Source of the DNA: Alphaproteobacteria bacterium
GTDB taxonomy: Bacteria; Pseudomonadota; Alphaproteobacteria; RF32; CAG-239
Assembly: GCA_015062345.1 (NCBI GenBank)
Contig: SUUV01000001.1
Span: 21,588-85,587 of the forward strand
Reading direction: 5' to 3'
DNA length: 64,000 bases
Made by a program: the position numbers and the translations under genes. Positions 28,551-37,230 of this stretch are shown here, piece by piece (position 1 is the first letter of the stretch; each line of letters begins with the position of its first letter). The notes beneath the pieces are model-generated. The model ran no database searches. It was given only the letters and a program-made list of their open reading frames with translations, and had not been told where the DNA came from.

Positions 28551-28739
28551 TTACCATAATTTTTTGAAATATCTTTGTACCAATTCATCACAATCACCTT
28601 CTGGATATTTAATCCCTAAGAATTCTCCCGTTAAGTTTGCATCCATATCTTCATAAGATGCTAACGGTGTATTTGCTCCTGATTTTACATCATGATATTC
28701 TTTAAGTCCAGATAAATTTTCAGCCCATAATGAACTCAT
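28551..28739 (-). CDS. small hypothetical protein
   Basis: 62-aa ORF in the mosaic locus. Low confidence. Confidence 0.25.
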   Translation of the reverse strand: MSSLWAENLSGLKEYHDVKSGANTPLASYEDMDANLTGEFLGIKYPEGDCDELVQRYFKKLW

Positions 28740-28885
28740 TAAACCTCTTTGAGCATTAACGCAATTTATATATGCATGTTTATATTTATCTGATAATCCT
28801 TTTGTATAACGATAATCAATAAAATCTTTTGCAATTGGGAAAGGTGCTAATAATGGAGTCAGACTTCCTTTTCTTGCTAGTTTTT

Positions 28886-29098
28886 TTAATCTTCTTGTGT
28901 CATATTACCCTCTTGCTTAATTGCTTTTTGTAAATTAGGATACATTTCATTATTCCCAACTTGTGCAAAACCCGATGGCGCTTTGATTGTGACGGAAGAA
29001 TAACTTTCCTGCGGTTTTGGTTTCGGAGCCTCCCCAAAATATTTAGCTTTCCACTCTTGGTCTTTGGAGGTTGTATAATTTCTTACCCTTAAAGTCAT
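28886..29098 (-). CDS. orphan module: a conserved mid-segment of the 320-aa gene (from its internal Met65) fused to a different 45-aa C-terminus
   Basis: MTLRVRNYTTSKDQEWKAKYFGEAPK aligns with TMTDRVRNYTSSKDQEWKAKYFGESPK of the full-length gene and then diverges. DNA homology covers 28985-29063. Confidence 0.35.
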   Translation of the reverse strand: MTLRVRNYTTSKDQEWKAKYFGEAPKPKPQESYSSVTIKAPSGFAQVGNNEMYPNLQKAIKQEGNMTQED

Positions 29099-29283
29099 GG
29101 TAAATTTTTATTTTCTCGCAACCGTTTTATATTTATAGTTCTATTCCTATTGACTTTTAGCAAAATTATATTATACAATCCAGCTGAGATTATTGAAGTG
29201 CAGAAAGGCCAGCTGCCACCATATATTATATATATGTATTAATGATGACGGATAGATCGCCGCCCGTCCAATAATCTCGTTGT

Positions 29284-30246
29284 TTATATTTTGTTTCTAT
29301 ACATACTTTTGATAACAGTTTGTCCGTTTACCGGATTTTGTGATATATAACCATAATCTGCTGTATATGTTCTTGGATAAACTACTTGCTGTATGTGTGG
29401 ATGTTTGCTTTCTGTAACCATATTAGGCCCCTCGTGGAATAATCTTTTTGCCATTTCAACCAGTTGTTCCGGTGTATAACCTTCATTCAAGCGTTTATGG
29501 TACAACTTTTTAACTACATTAGCAGGTATATATGCATTTTTATTTAACAATGGTAAATTTCCATTTTCACGCAAGCAATTAACATTTCTCATTGTACCGG
29601 GGTGAACTTTACCAAAATTTACATCTTGAAAATTATTTCCTTGTCTTAATTGATTTTTTAATTCATTTCTGCCTCTATATCTTGTATATTCGGTTATTGC
29701 TTTATCAATGCCTTTAACTCCTTTATATAAGCCATATCCGCTTGTTAAAGCCTCTGCTCCATACTGAGCAATCGCTCCTCCGATTTGTGCCGGAATAGTT
29801 GTCCCATCATTATATTGTTTCATATTCAAGTAATCAGTTTCATTTACTCCGATACCTGTCTTTTCTTTTAACCAATCATATACTCCTAATGTACCTCCCG
29901 ATAATGCCTTATCAACACCATAAACCATATCGGCCACATTCTCTGACATATAATCGCCAAAGCCTTTTTTTGTTTTATGAATTTTTGGACTTTCCCCAAA
30001 ATATTTAGCTTTCCACTCTTGGTCTTTGGAGGATGTATAATTTCTTACCCTATCTGTCATTGTGGTAACATCCTCATCGGCATCTCCGTCATAAAATACA
30101 TCTATCGCCTTTGAAACTTCCGTTTCGGGCAATTTATACGCATCAGGATAGATTCCTTTTAACGCACGATATTTATATCCGAATTTCCTTTGTAAATTAT
30201 GGTCATTTTCATCAATAAATGTTCCCATATATGTCTCATATGGCAT
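29284..30246 (-). CDS. hypothetical 320-aa protein; the intact copy of the mosaic-locus gene
   Basis: No signal peptide. N-terminal segments of about 100 aa are duplicated three times downstream. The C-terminal roughly 200 aa are unique. Confidence 0.6.
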   Translation of the reverse strand: MPYETYMGTFIDENDHNLQRKFGYKYRALKGIYPDAYKLPETEVSKAIDVFYDGDADEDVTTMTDRVRNYTSSKDQEWKAKYFGESPKIHKTKKGFGDYMSENVADMVYGVDKALSGGTLGVYDWLKEKTGIGVNETDYLNMKQYNDGTTIPAQIGGAIAQYGAEALTSGYGLYKGVKGIDKAITEYTRYRGRNELKNQLRQGNNFQDVNFGKVHPGTMRNVNCLRENGNLPLLNKNAYIPANVVKKLYHKRLNEGYTPEQLVEMAKRLFHEGPNMVTESKHPHIQQVVYPRTYTADYGYISQNPVNGQTVIKSMYRNKI

Positions 30247-30300
30247 TTTTCTTTCCTTTCATAAAATTAAAGTTAATGTAATAATATTCATATATCACAA

Positions 30301-30380
30301 TAAATCACAATTTGCCACAATTAAAATGTCCGATTTTGTACGAAAATGTCCGAAAATGTCTTACGATGTCCGATTTTACA
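30301..30380. promoter_or_regulatory. array of direct repeats (aaaatgtccga, equivalent to TCGGACATTTT on the gene strand), three or four copies upstream of the 320-aa gene
   Basis: Sequence is aaaatgtccgatttt-gtacg-aaaatgtccgaaaatgtc-ttacgatgtccgatttt. It is partly duplicated at 27976-28030. Confidence 0.45.
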
Positions 30381-30507
30381 TAAAATTTTGCTTGCATTAC
30401 GATAAATAAAAGTGTATAAGCGAAACTGTTTAAAGTTGGTGGTTCGGGCTAAAAGGCATGCCTGACCGCTTTTAGTTTAATCCATTTTATAAAGGAAGGA
30501 TTTTAAA

Positions 30508-30705
30508 ATGCCAAAATTAAAAACAAAAAGTGCCGCCAAAAAGCGCTTTAGCGTTACCGGAACAGGCAAATTAAAAAGAAACTACGCATTTAAGAGACAC
30601 TGCCTCTTTTGCAAATCACCAAAAATGAAAAGACAAGCTCGTGGTTCACTCTTATTGAGCGAGTCCGATGTTCAGATTGTTAAAAAGTTTTTACCGTATT
30701 TGTAA
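30508..30705 (+). CDS. rpmI: 50S ribosomal protein L35
   Basis: [14 protein letters not shown]..., 65 aa, followed by rplT. Confidence 0.9.
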   Translation: MPKLKTKSAAKKRFSVTGTGKLKRNYAFKRHCLFCKSPKMKRQARGSLLLSESDVQIVKKFLPYL

Positions 30706-30718
30706 GGAGGAATAAGAT

Positions 30719-31078
30719 ATGTCACGCGTTAAAAGAGGTATGACCGCACATGCTCGCCATAAAAAAATTCTTGATATGGCTAAAGGTTACAGAGGTCGTA
30801 ATAAAAATGTATTCAGAGTTGCTGTTGAAAAAGTTGAAAAAGGTTTGCAATATGCATACCGTGATCGTAGAGCAAAGAAAAGAAGTTTCAGAGCTTTATG
30901 GATTCAACGCATCAATGCTGCTACTCGTCTTCATGATATGACTTATTCTCGATTTATCAGCGGGCTTAACAAAGCCGGTATTGAACTTGATCGTAAAGTT
31001 CTCGCTGATATCGCTTTGAAGGAGCCCCAAGCTTTTGCTAAACTGGTAGATTCTGCCAAAGCGGCTCTTAACAAATAA
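30719..31078 (+). CDS. rplT: 50S ribosomal protein L20
   Basis: [18 protein letters not shown]...; a 119-aa L20. Confidence 0.9.
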   Translation: MSRVKRGMTAHARHKKILDMAKGYRGRNKNVFRVAVEKVEKGLQYAYRDRRAKKRSFRALWIQRINAATRLHDMTYSRFISGLNKAGIELDRKVLADIALKEPQAFAKLVDSAKAALNK

Positions 31079-31156
31079 GTAAAACAAAAAAATTAAAATA
31101 AAAAGAGTCCTCTTGGCAATCCAAGATGACTCTTTTTATGTGTAAAGGTTTTAAAA

Positions 31157-32266
31157 ATGGAAGATTTAGAAAGTTTAAAAACACAAATATTAAACAGCAT
31201 TAAAACGGCTGACGATATAAAAACCTTAGAAGATATACGCATATCTTCAATGGGTAAAAAAGGCACAATCACCGAACAAATGAAAAGTTTGGGAGCATTG
31301 CCTTTGGAACAAAAAATTGAAACAGGAAAAAAACTCAATGTTATCAAAAATCAAATTGAACAAGCTTTGGCCGAGCAAAAACAAATTTTGGAAACAAAAG
31401 AGTTAAACGAAAAGCTCAAAAAAGAAACTCTTGATATTACCTTGCCCGTTCGCCCCGAAGTTCAGGGACGCATTCACCCTGTTTCCAAAATTTATGAGGA
31501 GGTTGTTGCCATTTTCGGTCAAATGGGTTTTGAAGTTGCAGAAGGTCCGGACATTGAAGACCAGTTTCACAACTTTAATGCCTTAAATATGCCGGCAAAC
31601 CACCCTGCTCGTCAGATGCAAGACACTTTCTATCTTCCAAACACCAATGACGGAAGTTTTGATATGGATAATTCGTATGTTATTCGCACACACACTTCCG
31701 GCATTCAGATTAGAACTATGGAAAGCAAAAAACCGCCGATTCGCATTATTGCACCCGGCAGAACATATCGTTCCGATTATGATGCGACACACACCCCGAT
31801 GTTCCATCAGGTTGAAGGCTTGATAATTGATAAAAACATCACCATGGCGCATTTAAAAGGATGTTTGTATGATTTTGTAAAAGCTTTTTTTGAACTTGAT
31901 GAAATTCCGGTGCGTTATCGTCCGTCATATTTTCCGTTTACCGAACCGTCGGCCGAAATGGATATCGGTTGTTTAAAAACCAAAACAGAGCTCAAAATCG
32001 GTGCCGGAAATGATTGGCTTGAAATTTTGGGTTGCGGAATGGTACACCCCAATGTATTAAAAGCAGGCGGTATTGACCCTGACCAATATCAAGGATTCGC
32101 ATTTGGTGTAGGTATTGACCGTTTGGCAATGTTAAAATACGGCATACCTGATTTAAGAACATTTTTTGAATCTGATGTAAGATGGCTTAAAAACTACGGA
32201 TTCGCACCGCTTGATTTTTCATCATTAACCGGCGGATTGAGCAACAATGGAGGACAAACCCGATGA
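31157..32266 (+). CDS. pheS: phenylalanyl-tRNA synthetase alpha subunit
   Basis: Class II motifs (FPFTEPSAE; GFAFGVGIDRLAML) and a coiled-coil N-terminus. Confidence 0.9.
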   Translation: MEDLESLKTQILNSIKTADDIKTLEDIRISSMGKKGTITEQMKSLGALPLEQKIETGKKLNVIKNQIEQALAEQKQILETKELNEKLKKETLDITLPVRPEVQGRIHPVSKIYEEVVAIFGQMGFEVAEGPDIEDQFHNFNALNMPANHPARQMQDTFYLPNTNDGSFDMDNSYVIRTHTSGIQIRTMESKKPPIRIIAPGRTYRSDYDATHTPMFHQVEGLIIDKNITMAHLKGCLYDFVKAFFELDEIPVRYRPSYFPFTEPSAEMDIGCLKTKTELKIGAGNDWLEILGCGMVHPNVLKAGGIDPDQYQGFAFGVGIDRLAMLKYGIPDLRTFFESDVRWLKNYGFAPLDFSSLTGGLSNNGGQTR

Positions 32267-34656
32267 AATTTACTTTATCATGGTTAAAAGAGCATTTAGA
32301 TACCAATGCTGATTTAGATACAATTGTCAAAACCTTAACCAAAATCGGTTTAGAGGTAGAAGAAGTTATAAATCCGGCTGAAAACTTAAAAGGTTTTATT
32401 ACCGCCAAAGCCGAAAATGTTACCATGCATCCCGATTCGGACCATTTGCACTTATTGAGTGTAAATACTGGAAAAGAACACTTGCAAGTGGTTTGCGGTG
32501 CACCGAATGTAAAAGAGGGTATGATAGGCATTTTTGCACCGGTCGGAACACTAATACCTTGCTACAACGAAGTGTTAAAAGTCGGTAAAATCAGAGGTGT
32601 TGAAAGCTATGGTATGATGTGCTCGGAAAAAGAGCTCGGTATCGGACAAGACCACAGTGGAATTATTGAACTTGATGCAAACACACCAATAGGTGTTGAG
32701 GCTGCAACCATTTTAGATATGGACCCCGTGATTGAAGTTTCAATCACTCCAAATCGAGCCGAATGTTTAGGTGTAAGAGGTATTGCAAGAGATTTGGCCG
32801 CCGCCGGACTTGGCTCATTAAAGCCCTTAAACATCAGACAAACACCGGCCACAATAAAAAGCCCGATATCAATAAATGTTGAATGTGCTGCAGATTGCCC
32901 CGTTTATGTCGGTCGTTATATTCAAGGTGTAAATAACAAGGCTCAAAGTCCGAAATGGCTAAAAGACCGCCTAACCGCCATCGGCTTACGCTCCATTTCT
33001 CCGCTTGTTGATATCACCAATTATATCAATTATGATTTGGCTCGTCCGTTGCATGTTTTTGATGCCGATAAACTATGCGGTAACATCACCGTTCGTATGG
33101 CAACTGAAAATGAAAAATTTGTATCATTGGAAGAAAAAGAGTATGCTCTTGATACCAAAGCTTTAGGCATTTGCGATGATGAAGGTATCCAATGTCTGGG
33201 CGGTATTATGGGAGGCTTAACCAAGGGTTGCTCAGAAGATACAACAAATGTGCTTCTCGAATGTGCTTTATTTAAACCCTCAACCATTGCAAGAACAGGC
33301 CGTAAATATGGCATAGAGTCCGATTCGAGATATCGTTATGAGCGTTGGGTTGATCCAAACTCAAACATTTTGGGTTCAGATTATGCAACACAACTCATTG
33401 TTGACATTTGCGGCGGACAAGCTTCCGAAAAAATGGTTTGCGGAGATGAAAACATACAAACAAGCACGGCATATATTCGCCCCTCAAGATTAAAAGATTT
33501 TATCGGCATGGAAGTCAGCCAAGAAAAAATCTTGCAAATTTTAAACAACTTAGGTTTTGAAACTGCGGTTGAAGGCGACAAAATTAAAGCCACATCACCA
33601 TCATGGCGTGGTGATATCGAGGGCGAACATGACTTGGTTGAAGAAGTTGTTCGTATGATTGGTTTAGATGAAATAAAGCCGATAAGTTTGCCGACAGACA
33701 ATCTGCCAAAGCAGGTTTTAACGCAAGCTCAAACCAATGTAGTTACCATAAAACACGAACTTGCATCTCGCGGTATGTATGAAACCGTAACTTGGAGTTT
33801 TACTTCATCAAAACTTGCCAAAGATTTTATGAAACAAAATCAGCAAGACGCACTTTTGTTGCAAAACCCCATTGCCTCCGATTTAGACCAGATGCGTCCA
33901 AGCTTGTTGCCTAACTTATTGATGGGAGCAAAAAACAACATTGCCAAAGGTTATTTTAACATTTCGTTGTTTGAAGTAGGACCTGAATTTTACGGCAGAA
34001 ACCCCAAAGAGCAACAAACGGTTGCCTGCGGTATCAGGGTGGGACAAACATCTAAAAAAGACTGGTCAAACACTTGGCGAGATTTTGATGTTTTTGATGT
34101 AAAAGCTGATGCAATGGCAGTAATTGCGGCTGCAAAAGGTCCGTTTGAAAATGCTCAAATTTGTCGTGATGCACCGTCTTACTATCACCCCGGAAGAAGC
34201 GGCTCTTTAAGACTTGGCAAAAACATATTGGCATATTTTGGAGAGCTTCATCCGAATATTTCCAAACAGTTTGGCATTAAAAGTCGGGTTATGGCTTTTG
34301 AGGTATATGTCGATAACATTCCGTTACCTAGAAGTTCAACCGACAAAGCCAAGAAAAAGCTCGAGTTATTTAACTTCCAGCCTCTTGATAAAGACTTAGC
34401 CTTTGTGGTTGATAAATCTGTTGATGCATCAAGCATTTTGGCCGCTGCCAAAAATGCAGACAGAAACTATATCACCGATGCGGCAATTTTTGATATATAC
34501 GAAGGCGAGAACTTGCCCGAAAACAAAAAATCGGTTGCTTTAAGAGTTACTTTCCAACCCAAAGAGCAAACATTTACCGATAAAGATATTGAAAATTTAA
34601 TGAACAAAGTAATTGTTGAAGTCGGCAAAAAAACCGGCGGCGAACTAAGAAATTAA
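32263..34656 (+). CDS. pheT: phenylalanyl-tRNA synthetase beta subunit
   Basis: 797 aa with tRNA-binding, B3/B4, B5 and FDX domains in the usual order. It overlaps the pheS stop. Confidence 0.9.
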   Translation: MKFTLSWLKEHLDTNADLDTIVKTLTKIGLEVEEVINPAENLKGFITAKAENVTMHPDSDHLHLLSVNTGKEHLQVVCGAPNVKEGMIGIFAPVGTLIPCYNEVLKVGKIRGVESYGMMCSEKELGIGQDHSGIIELDANTPIGVEAATILDMDPVIEVSITPNRAECLGVRGIARDLAAAGLGSLKPLNIRQTPATIKSPISINVECAADCPVYVGRYIQGVNNKAQSPKWLKDRLTAIGLRSISPLVDITNYINYDLARPLHVFDADKLCGNITVRMATENEKFVSLEEKEYALDTKALGICDDEGIQCLGGIMGGLTKGCSEDTTNVLLECALFKPSTIARTGRKYGIESDSRYRYERWVDPNSNILGSDYATQLIVDICGGQASEKMVCGDENIQTSTAYIRPSRLKDFIGMEVSQEKILQILNNLGFETAVEGDKIKATSPSWRGDIEGEHDLVEEVVRMIGLDEIKPISLPTDNLPKQVLTQAQTNVVTIKHELASRGMYETVTWSFTSSKLAKDFMKQNQQDALLLQNPIASDLDQMRPSLLPNLLMGAKNNIAKGYFNISLFEVGPEFYGRNPKEQQTVACGIRVGQTSKKDWSNTWRDFDVFDVKADAMAVIAAAKGPFENAQICRDAPSYYHPGRSGSLRLGKNILAYFGELHPNISKQFGIKSRVMAFEVYVDNIPLPRSSTDKAKKKLELFNFQPLDKDLAFVVDKSVDASSILAAAKNADRNYITDAAIFDIYEGENLPENKKSVALRVTFQPKEQTFTDKDIENLMNKVIVEVGKKTGGELRN

Positions 34657-34667
34657 GGAATAAGAAA

Positions 34668-36185
34668 ATGGCACTTAAAACTAATAGAAAAACCGATTAT
34701 CCCAAGTGGTATCAATGCGTTGTTTCCGAGGCCGATATGGCAGAAAATTCGGTTTCTCCTGGTTGTATGGTTATCAAACCTTGGGGATACGGAATTTGGG
34801 AGCGCATTCGTGACATTATGGATGTAAAATTTAAGGAAACCGACCACGAAAACGCATATTTTCCGATGTTTATCCCTATTTCGTTTTTCAGAAAAGAAGC
34901 CGAACATGTTGACGGATTTGCAAAAGAGATGGCCGTTGTTACCCACTCTCGTCTAAGTATGCAAGACGGACAACTTATGCCCGATTCAGAGCTTGAAGAA
35001 CCCTTAATTGTTCGTCCGACAAGTGAGACCATTATTGCCGATTCGTTTGCAAAATGGATTCATTCGTATCGTGATTTGCCGGTACTGGTCAATCAGTGGG
35101 CAAATGTGGTGCGTTGGGAAATGCGTCCTCGCTTGTTTTTAAGAACCAGAGAGTTTTTGTGGCAAGAAGGACATACCGCTCACTCAAATGAAGATGAGGC
35201 TGTTGAAGAAACCAAGCAAATGCTTGAAGTGTATCGGCAAACCGCTGAAGATTGTTTGGCTATGCCGGTAATTGTAGGTAAAAAGCCCGAATATGATAAA
35301 TTTCCCGGAGCCGTTGACACATATTGTATTGAAGCCATGATGCAAGACGGAAAAGCTTTGCAAGCCGGCACCTCTCATTATTTGGGGCAAAATTTTGCAA
35401 AATCGGCCAACATTTCGTTTATCAACAAAGATAACAAGCCCGAATTTGCATATACCACATCTTGGGGTGTTTCAACTCGTTTAATCGGCGGTGTAATTAT
35501 GACTCATGCCGATGACGAAGGTATGGTTGTTCCGCCGATGATTGCTCCTTATCAGGTAGTAGTTGTTCCGGTGATTAAAAAACAACAAGACGAAGAAGAA
35601 GTGATGTCTTATATCAACAATTTGGTAAAAGAGCTCAAAAACAAAACCCCGTTTGGCGAAAAAATCAGAGTAAAAATTGATAAGCGCAACAAACAAAGTG
35701 TTGATAAATTTTGGGAATGGACCAGAAAAGGCGCTCCGGTGATAGTTGAAATCGGTTTAAGAGATGTTCAAAATCAGGGCTTAATGGTTAAAGAACGCAT
35801 AAAACTGGGCACTTCGGATGGCAAAGAAATTGTTTCTTATGCAGATTTTGTTGACAACATTTCTCAGCGTTTGGAGAACATTCAAAAACAAATATTTGAA
35901 AAAGCCAAAAAACGCATGGAAGAAAATATCAGAACAGATATCAAAACCCCCGAAGAATTTAAGGCTTATTTCTCAAATGCCAATGAGTGGATTGAGGACG
36001 GCTCACAAGGTAAGGTTGCGTTTGTAAAAGGTAAATGGTGTGGCGATTCTCAAACCGAAGAATTGCTTAAAGAATTAAAAATCACCATAAGGTGCTTACC
36101 TTTGGAACAAAGCGGCACAACCGGAAAATGTTTGCTTACCGGAAAAGATGCTACCTTAGATGTAATTTATGCTCGTTCATACTAA
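34668..36185 (+). CDS. proS: prolyl-tRNA synthetase, archaeal/eukaryotic-like type (C-terminal Zn domain, no insertion editing domain)
   Basis: 505 aa with class II motifs and a C-terminal CxxxxC...CLLTGKDA...YARSY, typical of archaeal-type ProRS. Confidence 0.85.
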   Translation: MALKTNRKTDYPKWYQCVVSEADMAENSVSPGCMVIKPWGYGIWERIRDIMDVKFKETDHENAYFPMFIPISFFRKEAEHVDGFAKEMAVVTHSRLSMQDGQLMPDSELEEPLIVRPTSETIIADSFAKWIHSYRDLPVLVNQWANVVRWEMRPRLFLRTREFLWQEGHTAHSNEDEAVEETKQMLEVYRQTAEDCLAMPVIVGKKPEYDKFPGAVDTYCIEAMMQDGKALQAGTSHYLGQNFAKSANISFINKDNKPEFAYTTSWGVSTRLIGGVIMTHADDEGMVVPPMIAPYQVVVVPVIKKQQDEEEVMSYINNLVKELKNKTPFGEKIRVKIDKRNKQSVDKFWEWTRKGAPVIVEIGLRDVQNQGLMVKERIKLGTSDGKEIVSYADFVDNISQRLENIQKQIFEKAKKRMEENIRTDIKTPEEFKAYFSNANEWIEDGSQGKVAFVKGKWCGDSQTEELLKELKITIRCLPLEQSGTTGKCLLTGKDATLDVIYARSY

Positions 36186-36189
36186 ACAA

Positions 36190-36221
36190 CAGCCGCCGAA
36201 AACAAATCGGCGGTTTTTTTA
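36190..36221. terminator. bidirectional Rho-independent terminator
   Basis: gccgccga-aaacaaa-tcggcgg followed by T7, between convergent proS and a pilin paralog. Confidence 0.7.
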
Positions 36222-36248
36222 CATATTGCTTAATAACGCAATTAAAAT

Positions 36249-36755
36249 TTATTCTACAAATACTAACTGCATACTACCTACATATGTACCGGCAAGATAA
36301 TCAGCTATAGCCTCCGTCCTTATAGTTGGGGTTGAAACTAATACAACCCCTTCACTGTCAAATTCATCTGATTGCAACTCAAAATTAGGTTCTACTACAA
36401 AATGAGGGTAACTGGTTCCATCTGCATCATTTGTATGAATAAGACTTATGTAAACATCATCTATAACCAGATTTAAATCCCCCTGATAATCTGTTGTACA
36501 ATAAAAAGTATAATCAGATTTACTTGATGATACAACCATATTAGGATTAGGCATTCCGTTTGTTATAAGATCATCACCATTCTCACCTAGCATACTATTA
36601 ACGACTATAGTTCCAAAATCCATCTTTTCACAATCAAATTTAACAGCATATTCAATTTTTACTTCAGCCTCTAAAGATGTATAAGCTGTAGTAGCATTTG
36701 CTGATGTTGCAGCCATTAAAGCTACAGCAGATAAAAGAAAATATTTTCTCATCAA
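36249..36755 (-). CDS. SCPU/Csu-type fimbrial major subunit, paralog 2
   Basis: MMRKYFLLSAVALMAATSANA signal peptide, a DFGTIVV motif, and a C-terminal GTYVGSMQLVFVE. Confidence 0.65.
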   Translation of the reverse strand: MMRKYFLLSAVALMAATSANATTAYTSLEAEVKIEYAVKFDCEKMDFGTIVVNSMLGENGDDLITNGMPNPNMVVSSSKSDYTFYCTTDYQGDLNLVIDDVYISLIHTNDADGTSYPHFVVEPNFELQSDEFDSEGVVLVSTPTIRTEAIADYLAGTYVGSMQLVFVE

Positions 36756-37045
36756 TTTAATCCTTAAAAATAGTTAAACTTAATTTGAAAAGCTAAAAAT
36801 TAGCCTTCCAAGACGCATCATAAACCGTTTTTTTTTTTTGCAAGTAAAAAGAGTCGTTTAAAAGATTTAAATCAAAAATGAGGTGACGGTGTTGTCTCCT
36901 TTACCGTCATATCGGTGCCCGAACTTTAGTTCGGAATAGACACCGGTATCCAGGGAATAATTTAGCTATATTACCACCTGGACTCCGGCATCAAGTGCCG
37001 GAGTGACAGTTAGGAGGTGGTTGCAAAGTTTTGAGAAAATATTTA
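36756..37045 (-). promoter_or_regulatory. conserved upstream module, copy B (minus orientation); T12 tract at 36828-36839
   Basis: Its reverse complement aligns with copies A and D along its full length. The palindrome is changed to cgaactaaagttcg, a compensatory double change relative to caagctaaagcttg. Confidence 0.75.
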
Positions 37046-37230
37046 ATATAAACATTGTCGCCAAACGGTGATGGTGTCTAACAAACATCTCAAAACAATA
37101 GCTCCTTTTTTTGGGGAGTGGAGGATATAAGGCTTTATGCTCGAATAACTCTGACTGCGTTTTGACAGTTTGTTAGCTCCCCGCTTTGATTTTTTCTCAA
37201 GGCGGTTTTTTATTACGCATATTCTTACAA

